Source: Planctomycetota bacterium (lineage in GTDB: Bacteria > Planctomycetota > UBA1135). From it: DNA of 18,338 nt. The notes beneath the pieces are model-generated. The model did no database searches. It was not told the origin of the DNA and saw nothing but the letters and a program-made list of their open reading frames with translations. The stretch spans positions 1-18,338 of the forward strand of contig JASFYO010000065.1 in assembly GCA_045047305.1 (NCBI GenBank), read 5' to 3'. Position numbers and translations under genes: made by a program. Below, one piece after another: positions 6,975-14,132 of the stretch. Every line of letters begins with the position of its first letter. The stretch's first letter is position 1.

Positions 6975-7985
6975 TTACTTGCCGACGCGAGGTTGAGTGA
7001 TGTCAAAGGTAGGCTCTTCTTTGATGGATTTCAGTCCCAAATCGGAAAACTTGTCTTCTTTCGCTTGCCACTTCGCAATCTCCCGTTGTGCCTCTTCTAA
7101 ATCCTTACGCTTCTTTTTCAGTTTTTTGGACTTTGGACCGCGACGCTCTATTTCGTCATCGATGGCAATCTCTAAACGCGCAATCTTTTCGTCGAGAATG
7201 TCGTACTGAGAAAGGATCTTTTCGATTTCCTTGACGGCTTTTTCCGCATCCTTTTTGTACTCGGATTCCAGCATGGTGTACATGTTGTTCCAGAGTTCGG
7301 AGCGCGATAAATCGCCACGTAAAGGAATTGGATTACTGCCATCCCAGCGAGCTAGAAATAGGTGCGGAGGATGCTTTGCCGCAAAGACCTTGGTGAAGGG
7401 GTGATCTTCTTCCAGTACCTCGATGGGCATCTTTACGCAGTGAAACCAGCGCGCCATGATGAGTGTGCGCTCATTTCCACCAGAACGGGATAGGAGCGCG
7501 TCATCGGTGCCGTTGCACAAACGACATTCGCGAAGAACCAACAATGGCATGCGTGAATCACCGGCGAGGGTGTAGAACGCAACTTGCTCGTCCAAGGCGC
7601 GACGCATAGCCTTCGCTACCGTGCCTGAGGAGTTGTCAGCGTTGACATCGATCAGGTTGTGGACTGGATAGTCCCACCTCATTTTGAGCAAAGTCTTAGC
7701 CGTCTTGCCATGCTCCGTTGGCAATGCACCTCCGCCGCCGCCAGAGGAAGGGCCAGTGCCCGCACCTGGCGTGGCAGGGCCGCCTATTGGAGCCGAAGGA
7801 GTCGACGGGGTAGAAGGAGTTGCTGGTGCAGCAGCTCCCGGACCAGTGGTATCTCCTGGGCCTCCATATCCGGCACCCCCACGGGGGCCACTAGAACCAC
7901 CTCATCATTGAGGTGAAGCTGCAAGAGGGGCCGTGAATGCGGCAACTGCAGCAACAGAAAGAATCAGCGAAAAGAGTTTACTCAT
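6975..7985 (-). CDS. Secreted thioredoxin-like (CxxC) protein with two adjacent in-frame TGA codons; candidate selenoprotein (336 aa with readthrough)
   Basis: ATG 7985 gives MSKLFSLILSVAAVAAFTAPLAASPQ, then TGA (7905-7907) and TGA (7902-7904), then GGSSGPRGGAGYGGPGDTT...PSTPSTP...GGALPTEHGKTAKT, continuing in frame into ORF 6975-7724 (PLLVLRECRLC, RWFHCVK, C-terminal coiled coil). The paralog 9384-10478 has the same architecture with Cys at the TGA position. Confidence 0.78.
7872..7889 (-). promoter_or_regulatory. Candidate bacterial SECIS hairpin
   Basis: GGCCCCC-GTG-GGGG(T)GCC: a GC-rich stem with a bulged U and an apical loop starting GU. It begins 12 nt after the second TGA, and the loop lies 19 and 22 nt from the two TGAs. 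Confidence 0.55.
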
Positions 7986-8112
7986 GAATCTAGGTGTCCT
8001 GATGTGAGGGACAGGGGTAAACGACTTTAGCAGTGACTGGAGGTAAATAACCTGAAAATGGCAGAAAAGGCTGGAATTCCCCGGTTTTTCCCCGGCCCAA
8101 AGCAGACTTTTT

Positions 8113-9327
8113 CTACTTCTTGCGGTAGTTTTTGAGCACCCAAGCGCGCCAAATGCTGTCGAATTCTTCCGGTTCCAGGCCCAGGGCGGCCATGAAAGCA
8201 TCGAGTTGTCGTTGTTGTAGGTTTTCGGGTGACGCCCGCACCCCTGCTGCGAAGGGAGCTTTGACAAGGCGAAGGAACTCAGCGAGTTCCGCAGGGTGCT
8301 CTTGACGCAAGAAATCGATTCGAGCCCAGGCAATCATGCCGTCGGCGAAGGAGAGGGTTTCGTGGCCCCGCCAAGCAATCATTTCAAGGAATGAGGGGTC
8401 GGCTTCGTTTTTCACCCGCCCGCGGACTCGTACTTCCCAGTCCCACACCTTCTTGTCGGATGGGCCGAATGCACGCTGTTCGTTGAAGTAATTGCGAGTG
8501 TGGTCAATCTCCCGTGCATAACCGTGGGCGAGGCCCAAGCCAATCCAGGAGGGCATATTGTGACGGAAGGCCAAAAAACCATTCAGAAGATTGATGGTTA
8601 GGCCATAGTGCAACATGCAGTGCATGGCAGTGTCCGAGGCCATGCCATCAAATTCCGCCGCAAGGCCAAACATAAGTACTTCATCCTCGGGGAATAGGTA
8701 CATCATGGCGCCATGCGAGGGATAGGTGCAGAAGGTTGCTTGATAGCGCTCTAGCGTGCTCTTTTTCTCGGTGAGAAGGATGGTGAACTTGTTTTGCATC
8801 CCTAAATATGGTCCCAACTTGGAAGTACGCTCCTTGGGGCTCAGCATGGGGTCGGGGAAGTCATCTGGCGTGATCAGCAGTAATTTTTCTATTTTTGCAT
8901 ATAGATTTTCTGCACGCATTGCGGTTAAGTGCATGCGCAACCACGGGTCATAGGTTTTTACTTTTCGCGGCACATTTGGAATGCGCTTGCTTAACGCTTT
9001 GATTTCCAGTTTTAATTTTTTGCGCTCAACCCGGTCGCCGGAGTCTGCAATATAGGGTCCAAGGCTGCAGCCGATACGGAAGTGTTCTGTTTCAAGCCAT
9101 AAAATTGGAATGCCGCCTAGAGTATGGTCAATCGTGGCGGTGGTTTGGCCATCGGCCCAAGGCATGACTCCAATGCGGAGGTAGCCAGCAGCTTCCATGG
9201 CGCCACTGTCATTCTGGGTATAGGGGTCGTATTGCAGATCGTCCTTGTCAACGTCATTCTGCGCGGAGGCAAATAGCTGTGTCGACAAGAGCAACCCCCA
9301 AACTAGGGTATTCCAAAGTTTATTCAT
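8113..9327 (-). CDS. Secreted hypothetical protein, degenerate zincin/peptidase-MA-like (module copy B)
   Basis: Signal peptide (…LFASA|Q). Full-length paralog of 5634-6857, with MPSWIGLGLAHGY and no HExxH. Confidence 0.8.
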   Translation of the reverse strand: MNKLWNTLVWGLLLSTQLFASAQNDVDKDDLQYDPYTQNDSGAMEAAGYLRIGVMPWADGQTTATIDHTLGGIPILWLETEHFRIGCSLGPYIADSGDRVERKKLKLEIKALSKRIPNVPRKVKTYDPWLRMHLTAMRAENLYAKIEKLLLITPDDFPDPMLSPKERTSKLGPYLGMQNKFTILLTEKKSTLERYQATFCTYPSHGAMMYLFPEDEVLMFGLAAEFDGMASDTAMHCMLHYGLTINLLNGFLAFRHNMPSWIGLGLAHGYAREIDHTRNYFNEQRAFGPSDKKVWDWEVRVRGRVKNEADPSFLEMIAWRGHETLSFADGMIAWARIDFLRQEHPAELAEFLRLVKAPFAAGVRASPENLQQRQLDAFMAALGLEPEEFDSIWRAWVLKNYRKK

Positions 9328-9336
9328 AGGTTGGAA

Positions 9337-9369
9337 AATGCGGTTGCCAACTGGAGTGGCAACCGCATT
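9337..9369 (-). terminator. Intergenic stem-loop (weak terminator or mRNA stabiliser)
   Basis: Perfect 13-bp inverted repeat AATGCGGTTGCCA/TGGCAACCGCATT with a 7-nt loop and a short U run. It ends 9 nt before ATG 9327. Confidence 0.7.
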
Positions 9370-9383
9370 CTAAAATTAATGGA

Positions 9384-10478
9384 CTAGTGAGCGGAGACCG
9401 ATGCCGGGATTGCCTGACTAGCAATATGCGCATTCGGGCGATCTTTCGGCTTTTTCAGTTTCAAGCTAGAGGCTTTCACTTCGGCCTTTTGTAGGTCAGC
9501 GAGATCGTCGTTGAGCTCATCTAGACGTTTCTGAATCTTTTTAGCTTTGCGTGAGTTTTGACCGCTAGCTTCGACTTCGAACTCATAGTCATACTCGAGT
9601 TTGGAAATCTTATGGTCGTACATGTCGTATTGTGCAATCAGCAACTCGATGTCTTTCACAGCCTTGTGCGCGTCCTTTTTATACTCCGAGGCAAGCATGG
9701 TGTACATGCCTTCCCACAAATCATTCTGGTTGGCATCGCCTTTGAATGCAATCACATTGCTGCCATCCCAGCGTGCAAGGAATGCATGTGGCGGATGCTC
9801 CTGCTCGAAGAGGTTGCGGAAAATGTGGTCTTTGTGAAGGACGTCCATCGGCATTTTCACACAGTGAAACCAGCGCGTCATGATGAGAGTGCGCTCGTTG
9901 CCACTGGTGGAGGACAACAAAGCGTCGTCGGTGCCATTGCAATAGAGGCATTCGCGTAACACGAGGAGTGGACGACGATCATTTTCCGAAACGCGGTAGA
10001 AGGCTTCAGTGCGCGGAAGGGCTGTGGAGTAGCGCCCAGCAACGGTGAAAGCCTTGGAGCGTTCCGGAGTGAAGAACTCGTGCACTGGATAGCTCCAACG
10101 CATTTTCAGGAAGGTTTTTGCGGTACGGCCGTGGTCGGTTGGCAGTGGCCCGCCGCCGGTGGATGCCGGAGCACCTGGTGCTGCCGGACCAGCAGGCGTG
10201 CTTGGTGTAGCAGGGCCTGTAGGGGTCGTTGGCGTGGTTGGGGTCGAAGGCGTCGAGGGAGTCGACGGCTTGCTTGGTGTTGACGGTGAGCTTGGTGAAG
10301 AAGGTGTGCCCGGAAGCGCAATCTTGCCACCGCCGATCGGATAACTAGGGCCAGGTGGTGGAGGCGGAGGTCCGCCGTATCCGCCACATTGATCAGCCGG
10401 TGATGCGGCTGCGGAAGCTGAGGAGGCTAGGAGTAGAACTCCTGCCAGAGAAGTAAGGTAGAGCAAGAAATTTTTCAT
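9384..10478 (-). CDS. Secreted thioredoxin-like (CxxC) protein with Pro/Ser/Thr linker; Cys paralog of 6975-7985
   Basis: ATG 10478 gives MKNFLLYLTSLAGVLLLASSASA (signal peptide), ADQCGG, a PST-rich linker, RPLLVLRECLYCNGTDDALLS, RWFHCVK and a C-terminal coiled coil. Confidence 0.85.
   Translation of the reverse strand: MKNFLLYLTSLAGVLLLASSASAAASPADQCGGYGGPPPPPPGPSYPIGGGKIALPGTPSSPSSPSTPSKPSTPSTPSTPTTPTTPTGPATPSTPAGPAAPGAPASTGGGPLPTDHGRTAKTFLKMRWSYPVHEFFTPERSKAFTVAGRYSTALPRTEAFYRVSENDRRPLLVLRECLYCNGTDDALLSSTSGNERTLIMTRWFHCVKMPMDVLHKDHIFRNLFEQEHPPHAFLARWDGSNVIAFKGDANQNDLWEGMYTMLASEYKKDAHKAVKDIELLIAQYDMYDHKISKLEYDYEFEVEASGQNSRKAKKIQKRLDELNDDLADLQKAEVKASSLKLKKPKDRPNAHIASQAIPASVSAH
10150..10312 (-). 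repeat. Low-complexity Pro-Ser-Thr tripeptide repeat linker (coding)
   Basis: Encodes PGTPSSPSSPSTPSKPSTPSTPSTPTTPTTPTGPATPSTPAGPAAPG. A shorter equivalent lies at about 7730-7860 in the paralog. Confidence 0.8.
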
Positions 10479-10563
10479 GACGGTGGGGCCGCATGAAGAC
10501 AAAGAGTGCTTCAACCATAGGTGGCCTAAGCCTCATCCTCGGCGAAAATATCTGGAAATTGCC

Positions 10564-12642
10564 TTAATGCCCGTTTTTTGCAGGGCTGAGTAGGTCCTCA
10601 TAGACCAGCCAATCTGTAAACGACAAAGCCGCCTCATAATTCTTTAATACACGGGAATCTTCCAAGTTGCTTTTCCGTGGCTCTAGCTCCAAGGTATCCC
10701 CGACCCAGCTCATAGAGTCGAATCCATCCTGGTGAATGCGCACGGCTCCTTCGGGGGTAAGCAGTAACCCAGAAGAGTTGAAGCCAACGTGCGGTGCCTC
10801 TGGGGCTAACAAACTAGTGCCGAAACCGCGGTAGCCATAAGGCCCCAGTCCAGCAGCATGGAATAGTGTAGGTGCCATGTCTTTATGAGATCCTGGAGTC
10901 AAAGGGTCTGGCTGGAACTGCTTAGCAATGGAATCCGGCATCAACAGCAGAAAAGGAACCGCCCGTTGCAACAAGATTTCTTGATGCGCAAAGGGAATCC
11001 CCATGCCGGCGGTGTGATCACCAGTAACGCCGACGATGGTTTGTTGGTCCAACCCTTTTTCCTTTAACCCATCAAGCCATGAGCCCAGTTGGTAAAGCGC
11101 GTAGCGATAAGTTTCCACTTGGGCGCGTTGCGTTTCATTGAATGGCCCAGTGCGTGTCAAAAGGTTAGCTGGCGGAGTTAGCTTTTTGGCGCTCCACTCT
11201 GCGGGCAGACGGTGTGGTGAGTGATTGGTGGTTGAAAACACCACCATGAATACCGGCTTCGTTGCATTTTCTAAACGCTCGGTGACAGCGCGGAATAAGT
11301 ACTCATCCCATACCCCCCAGGGGCCGCCATCCACTTCTATATCAAGGTCGTAGCGCTCGATGAGGTCCTGCATCCCAAGCATTTCCTGGAATCCTTGATG
11401 TGGCAAGAATTGATCCAAATCGCGCCATTCGGAGGGTCCGCCGTAATAGAAGGCGGTGTCATAACCGCGGTCTGCAAACAGCTTGGCCACGCTGCTGGAA
11501 TACCTATGCGACTTTTGATCGGACTGCGAAAGGTGCTTGGTATCAGGGCGATATGGAAGGTTTAATGTGATTCCAAGAATCGTGCCGATGGAAATATTAT
11601 CGCAAGGAAGGAAGCGCTCGTAAAGCACACCTTGATCGAAGTAAGGCTTTGCCGGGCCCAGTAAATCGAAATCCGGAGATTGATACTGCAGCAAATGTGT
11701 TGCGAAACTTTCCATGACCATCAACACCACATGCGGGGGATGCTCGACCACAGGTGTCGGTGCCATCGGCTGTAGCGGTAGCCTTTGGAATAACGGCCCT
11801 TGATCGGTAATACTGTGGCCGTGGGTAAAGGCGTCGATGGAGGATTGCGGGTCATCGGCGTATCCGTAGCGTCGTGCAGTGGAAAGGTGCTCCTCACTCA
11901 TCCGAGTCCAAACCGTTTCCGCGAGCTTCTCCACCCCATTTTCAGGAATGATGCGCACGAAGGCCGTTTGTGGATAATCTTTATCCAGACTCACGAAGAT
12001 GGGCGTGAGTGGAAGCAGGCAAAGAAAAACCGTGAGCAAACTGTGGGTCACGATATGCACGTTTAAGGCTCGTTCGACCACATGCGCTTCGGGTATTTTT
12101 GCAGCGTGTAAGAAGCCGGAAAAGTGGAAGGCGCGCCGAATGATGCGCAGGACAAGATACTCGAGTACTAGGCCGACGCTGAGATAAAGCAGCAACGGAT
12201 AAGTTTGCCAAGCACTGATGAGTACGGCCCCGACATCGTCCTCGATGGCTCCAAAGGCGAGAATGTTAAAGCGCGCGCGGAAGTAGGAGTAGTAGATCTG
12301 CTCCGAAGCCAACACGATGACAATGATTGAAATGCCTAGAAACCAGTAAATAGAAGTGCGCGAGAGCCAGGTCTTCCACCGCGCGAGGCTGCGGTCGCGC
12401 ATCCATAGCAGCGAGAATGTCGGAGGTAGTGCGAACAGAAGTAGGATGCGTAGGTCGTGCAGGGCGCCGAATGCAAATGCCATGGGCAGCGAACTGAGGA
12501 AGTCTCTCCAGATTTCTGGGTGCGCAAACTGAACCGTGAATAGAAGGCGGAAAGCGCTCATCAGCACCAGCAAAACACCAATCAACCACCACGTCATCTT
12601 GATCGACGTGAGGATGGCGTTGCGTAGGCGGATCTCGCTCAT
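10564..12642 (-). CDS. LTA synthase / phosphoglycerol transferase family membrane protein (sulfatase-like domain)
   Basis: Several N-terminal transmembrane helices (…GALHDLR…, YYSYFRAR), then HVVLMVMESF, YDTAFYYGG, WGVWDEYLF, STTNHSPH, VTGDH, VPFLL and GSHKDMAPTL. ATG 12642 overlaps the glpK stop (ATGA). Confidence 0.88.
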   Translation of the reverse strand: MSEIRLRNAILTSIKMTWWLIGVLLVLMSAFRLLFTVQFAHPEIWRDFLSSLPMAFAFGALHDLRILLLFALPPTFSLLWMRDRSLARWKTWLSRTSIYWFLGISIIVIVLASEQIYYSYFRARFNILAFGAIEDDVGAVLISAWQTYPLLLYLSVGLVLEYLVLRIIRRAFHFSGFLHAAKIPEAHVVERALNVHIVTHSLLTVFLCLLPLTPIFVSLDKDYPQTAFVRIIPENGVEKLAETVWTRMSEEHLSTARRYGYADDPQSSIDAFTHGHSITDQGPLFQRLPLQPMAPTPVVEHPPHVVLMVMESFATHLLQYQSPDFDLLGPAKPYFDQGVLYERFLPCDNISIGTILGITLNLPYRPDTKHLSQSDQKSHRYSSSVAKLFADRGYDTAFYYGGPSEWRDLDQFLPHQGFQEMLGMQDLIERYDLDIEVDGGPWGVWDEYLFRAVTERLENATKPVFMVVFSTTNHSPHRLPAEWSAKKLTPPANLLTRTGPFNETQRAQVETYRYALYQLGSWLDGLKEKGLDQQTIVGVTGDHTAGMGIPFAHQEILLQRAVPFLLLMPDSIAKQFQPDPLTPGSHKDMAPTLFHAAGLGPYGYRGFGTSLLAPEAPHVGFNSSGLLLTPEGAVRIHQDGFDSMSWVGDTLELEPRKSNLEDSRVLKNYEAALSFTDWLVYEDLLSPAKNGH

Positions 12643-14132
12643 GAGCTGCTTAGTGTACGCGATACGGCGTCGCGCCAATCGGCATAACGTTGCTGGCGTT
12701 CGCTGTAAGCCATTTTGGGCTGGAACAGTTCTGCCCTTTGTGGTGCCGTTTGCAGCAGGGTGTTTTGATCGGTGAGGTCAGCCCCAAGGGATGCACATAA
12801 AGCAGCGCCCGCAGCCGTGGTCTCTACATTGGTCGGACAATAAATGGACAACTGCAAGATGTCGGCGAGGCATTGCAGGAACCAGCGGTTGTTGCACAGC
12901 CCGCCATCGACGTGAAGCGCATCTGGCATGGAGGTGCCGTCGGCCTTCGCCGCTTCAAGCAGATCTAAAGTTTGAAAGCACGAAGCTTCTAGTCCGGCGC
13001 GCACAATCTCAGCACGTCCGGTGCCGCGGGTGATGCCGAGCAAGGAAGCGCGCGCGTGAGGGTCCCACCATGGTGCACCCAAACCGTGAAATGCTGGTAC
13101 CAGGAACACGCCGGAATTCTCTTGCGCTTGCCGCGCCAATTCCTCGGTTTGCGTTACATGGTCAAACAAGCCAAGCCCGTCGCGCAACCATTGAATGGCG
13201 GATCCAGCAGAAAAAATGCTGCCTTCCAAGGCATATTGGATCTTGCCTTGATGTTGCCATAAAACGGTAGTGAGCAAGCGTCGACTTTCCACTAAGCAGC
13301 GCTCGCCGGTGTTTTGCATGGCGAAGGCGCCCGTGCCATAGGTGCACTTCATGCTGCCAGGGGTAAAACAATGTTGCCCCAAGGTGGCCGCTTGTTGATC
13401 GCCAATCACCGCGTGAATCGGGATTTCACGTCCAAAAAGTTGCGCTTCGGTGTGGCCAAAATGTGCAGTCGTTTCGCGCACCTCGGGAAGTAGCTGCAGC
13501 GGGATTTGGAAAAGCTCACACAGCCATGGATCCCAAGCCATTTTGGTGATGTTGAATAACAGGGTGCGCGAGGCATTGCTGACATCGGTGGCGAAAGTTT
13601 TGCCGCCAGTGAGATGCCACAGTAGCCAACTGTCGATGGTGCCAACGGCCAGCTTTCCGTTTTCCGCGTCCATCCGCGCTCCAGGAATGGAATCCAGCAA
13701 CCATTTGATTTTGCTCGCGCTGAAATAGGGGTCCAGCAGCAAGCCGGTGCGTTTACGAACTTCTTCCTCCAAGCCGGACTCGCGTAAGGCGGCGCAAGCA
13801 TCCTCGGTGCGTCGATCCTGCCAAACCAATGCTGGATGTAAGGCCTTGCCGCTAACCCGGTCCCACAAGACCACGGTTTCGCGTTGATTGCTAATCCCAA
13901 TCGCGGCAAGTCGTGAAAGGTGCCCGCGATTCCGCTGCAATACTTCGCGACAAGTGGTCAAGCAATCTTGCCAGATCTGTTTGGGGTCATGCTCTACCCA
14001 CCCTGATTGCGGGAAGGATTGCGCAAGCTCACACTGCGCCGATGCGATGGGGTTTTGTTGTGTATCGAACAAGATCGCACGCGTGGATGTGGTGCCTTGA
14101 TCGATCGCGAGCAGCAGCGGCGCGCTGCTCAT
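12639..14132 (-). CDS. glpK: Glycerol kinase
   Basis: AIDQGTTSTRA, GWVEHDP, NQRET, VWQDRRT, DPYFSASK, GTIDSWL, TDVSNASRT, GDQQAA, KCTYGTG, YALEGS, VPAF.GLGAP.W, VDGG and ETTAAGAA. Confidence 0.97.
   Translation of the reverse strand: MSSAPLLLAIDQGTTSTRAILFDTQQNPIASAQCELAQSFPQSGWVEHDPKQIWQDCLTTCREVLQRNRGHLSRLAAIGISNQRETVVLWDRVSGKALHPALVWQDRRTEDACAALRESGLEEEVRKRTGLLLDPYFSASKIKWLLDSIPGARMDAENGKLAVGTIDSWLLWHLTGGKTFATDVSNASRTLLFNITKMAWDPWLCELFQIPLQLLPEVRETTAHFGHTEAQLFGREIPIHAVIGDQQAATLGQHCFTPGSMKCTYGTGAFAMQNTGERCLVESRRLLTTVLWQHQGKIQYALEGSIFSAGSAIQWLRDGLGLFDHVTQTEELARQAQENSGVFLVPAFHGLGAPWWDPHARASLLGITRGTGRAEIVRAGLEASCFQTLDLLEAAKADGTSMPDALHVDGGLCNNRWFLQCLADILQLSIYCPTNVETTAAGAALCASLGADLTDQNTLLQTAPQRAELFQPKMAYSERQQRYADWRDAVSRTLSSS

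Noticed and set aside
7902..7907. Genome-wide UGA reassignment (Trp or Gly) as the explanation for the in-frame TGAs
   Set aside because: The NUDIX, HD, PTPS, glpK and phosphodiesterase genes end properly at TGA, two of them in ATGA overlaps, and Trp is encoded by TGG. Any recoding must be site-specific.
6975..7985. Pseudogene interpretation
   Set aside because: Disfavoured, not excluded. It would need two adjacent stops, both TGA, exactly at the paralog's Cys, while the signal peptide, linker, domain and terminator are all intact.
7905..8333. 142-aa ORF in the track
   Set aside because: Only the last 26 codons (from ATG 7985) look real. The rest overlaps gene 8113-9327 out of frame and the intergenic DNA.
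10150..10312. 9-bp periodic repeats as a CRISPR or other DNA-level repeat
   Set aside because: The repeats are degenerate at third codon positions and are explained by a Pro-Ser-Thr protein linker. There is no repeat-spacer structure and no cas gene.
10386..10388. Cys31 as a lipoprotein lipidation site
   Set aside because: The context PADQ-C is not a lipobox and lies downstream of an AxA signal peptidase I site.
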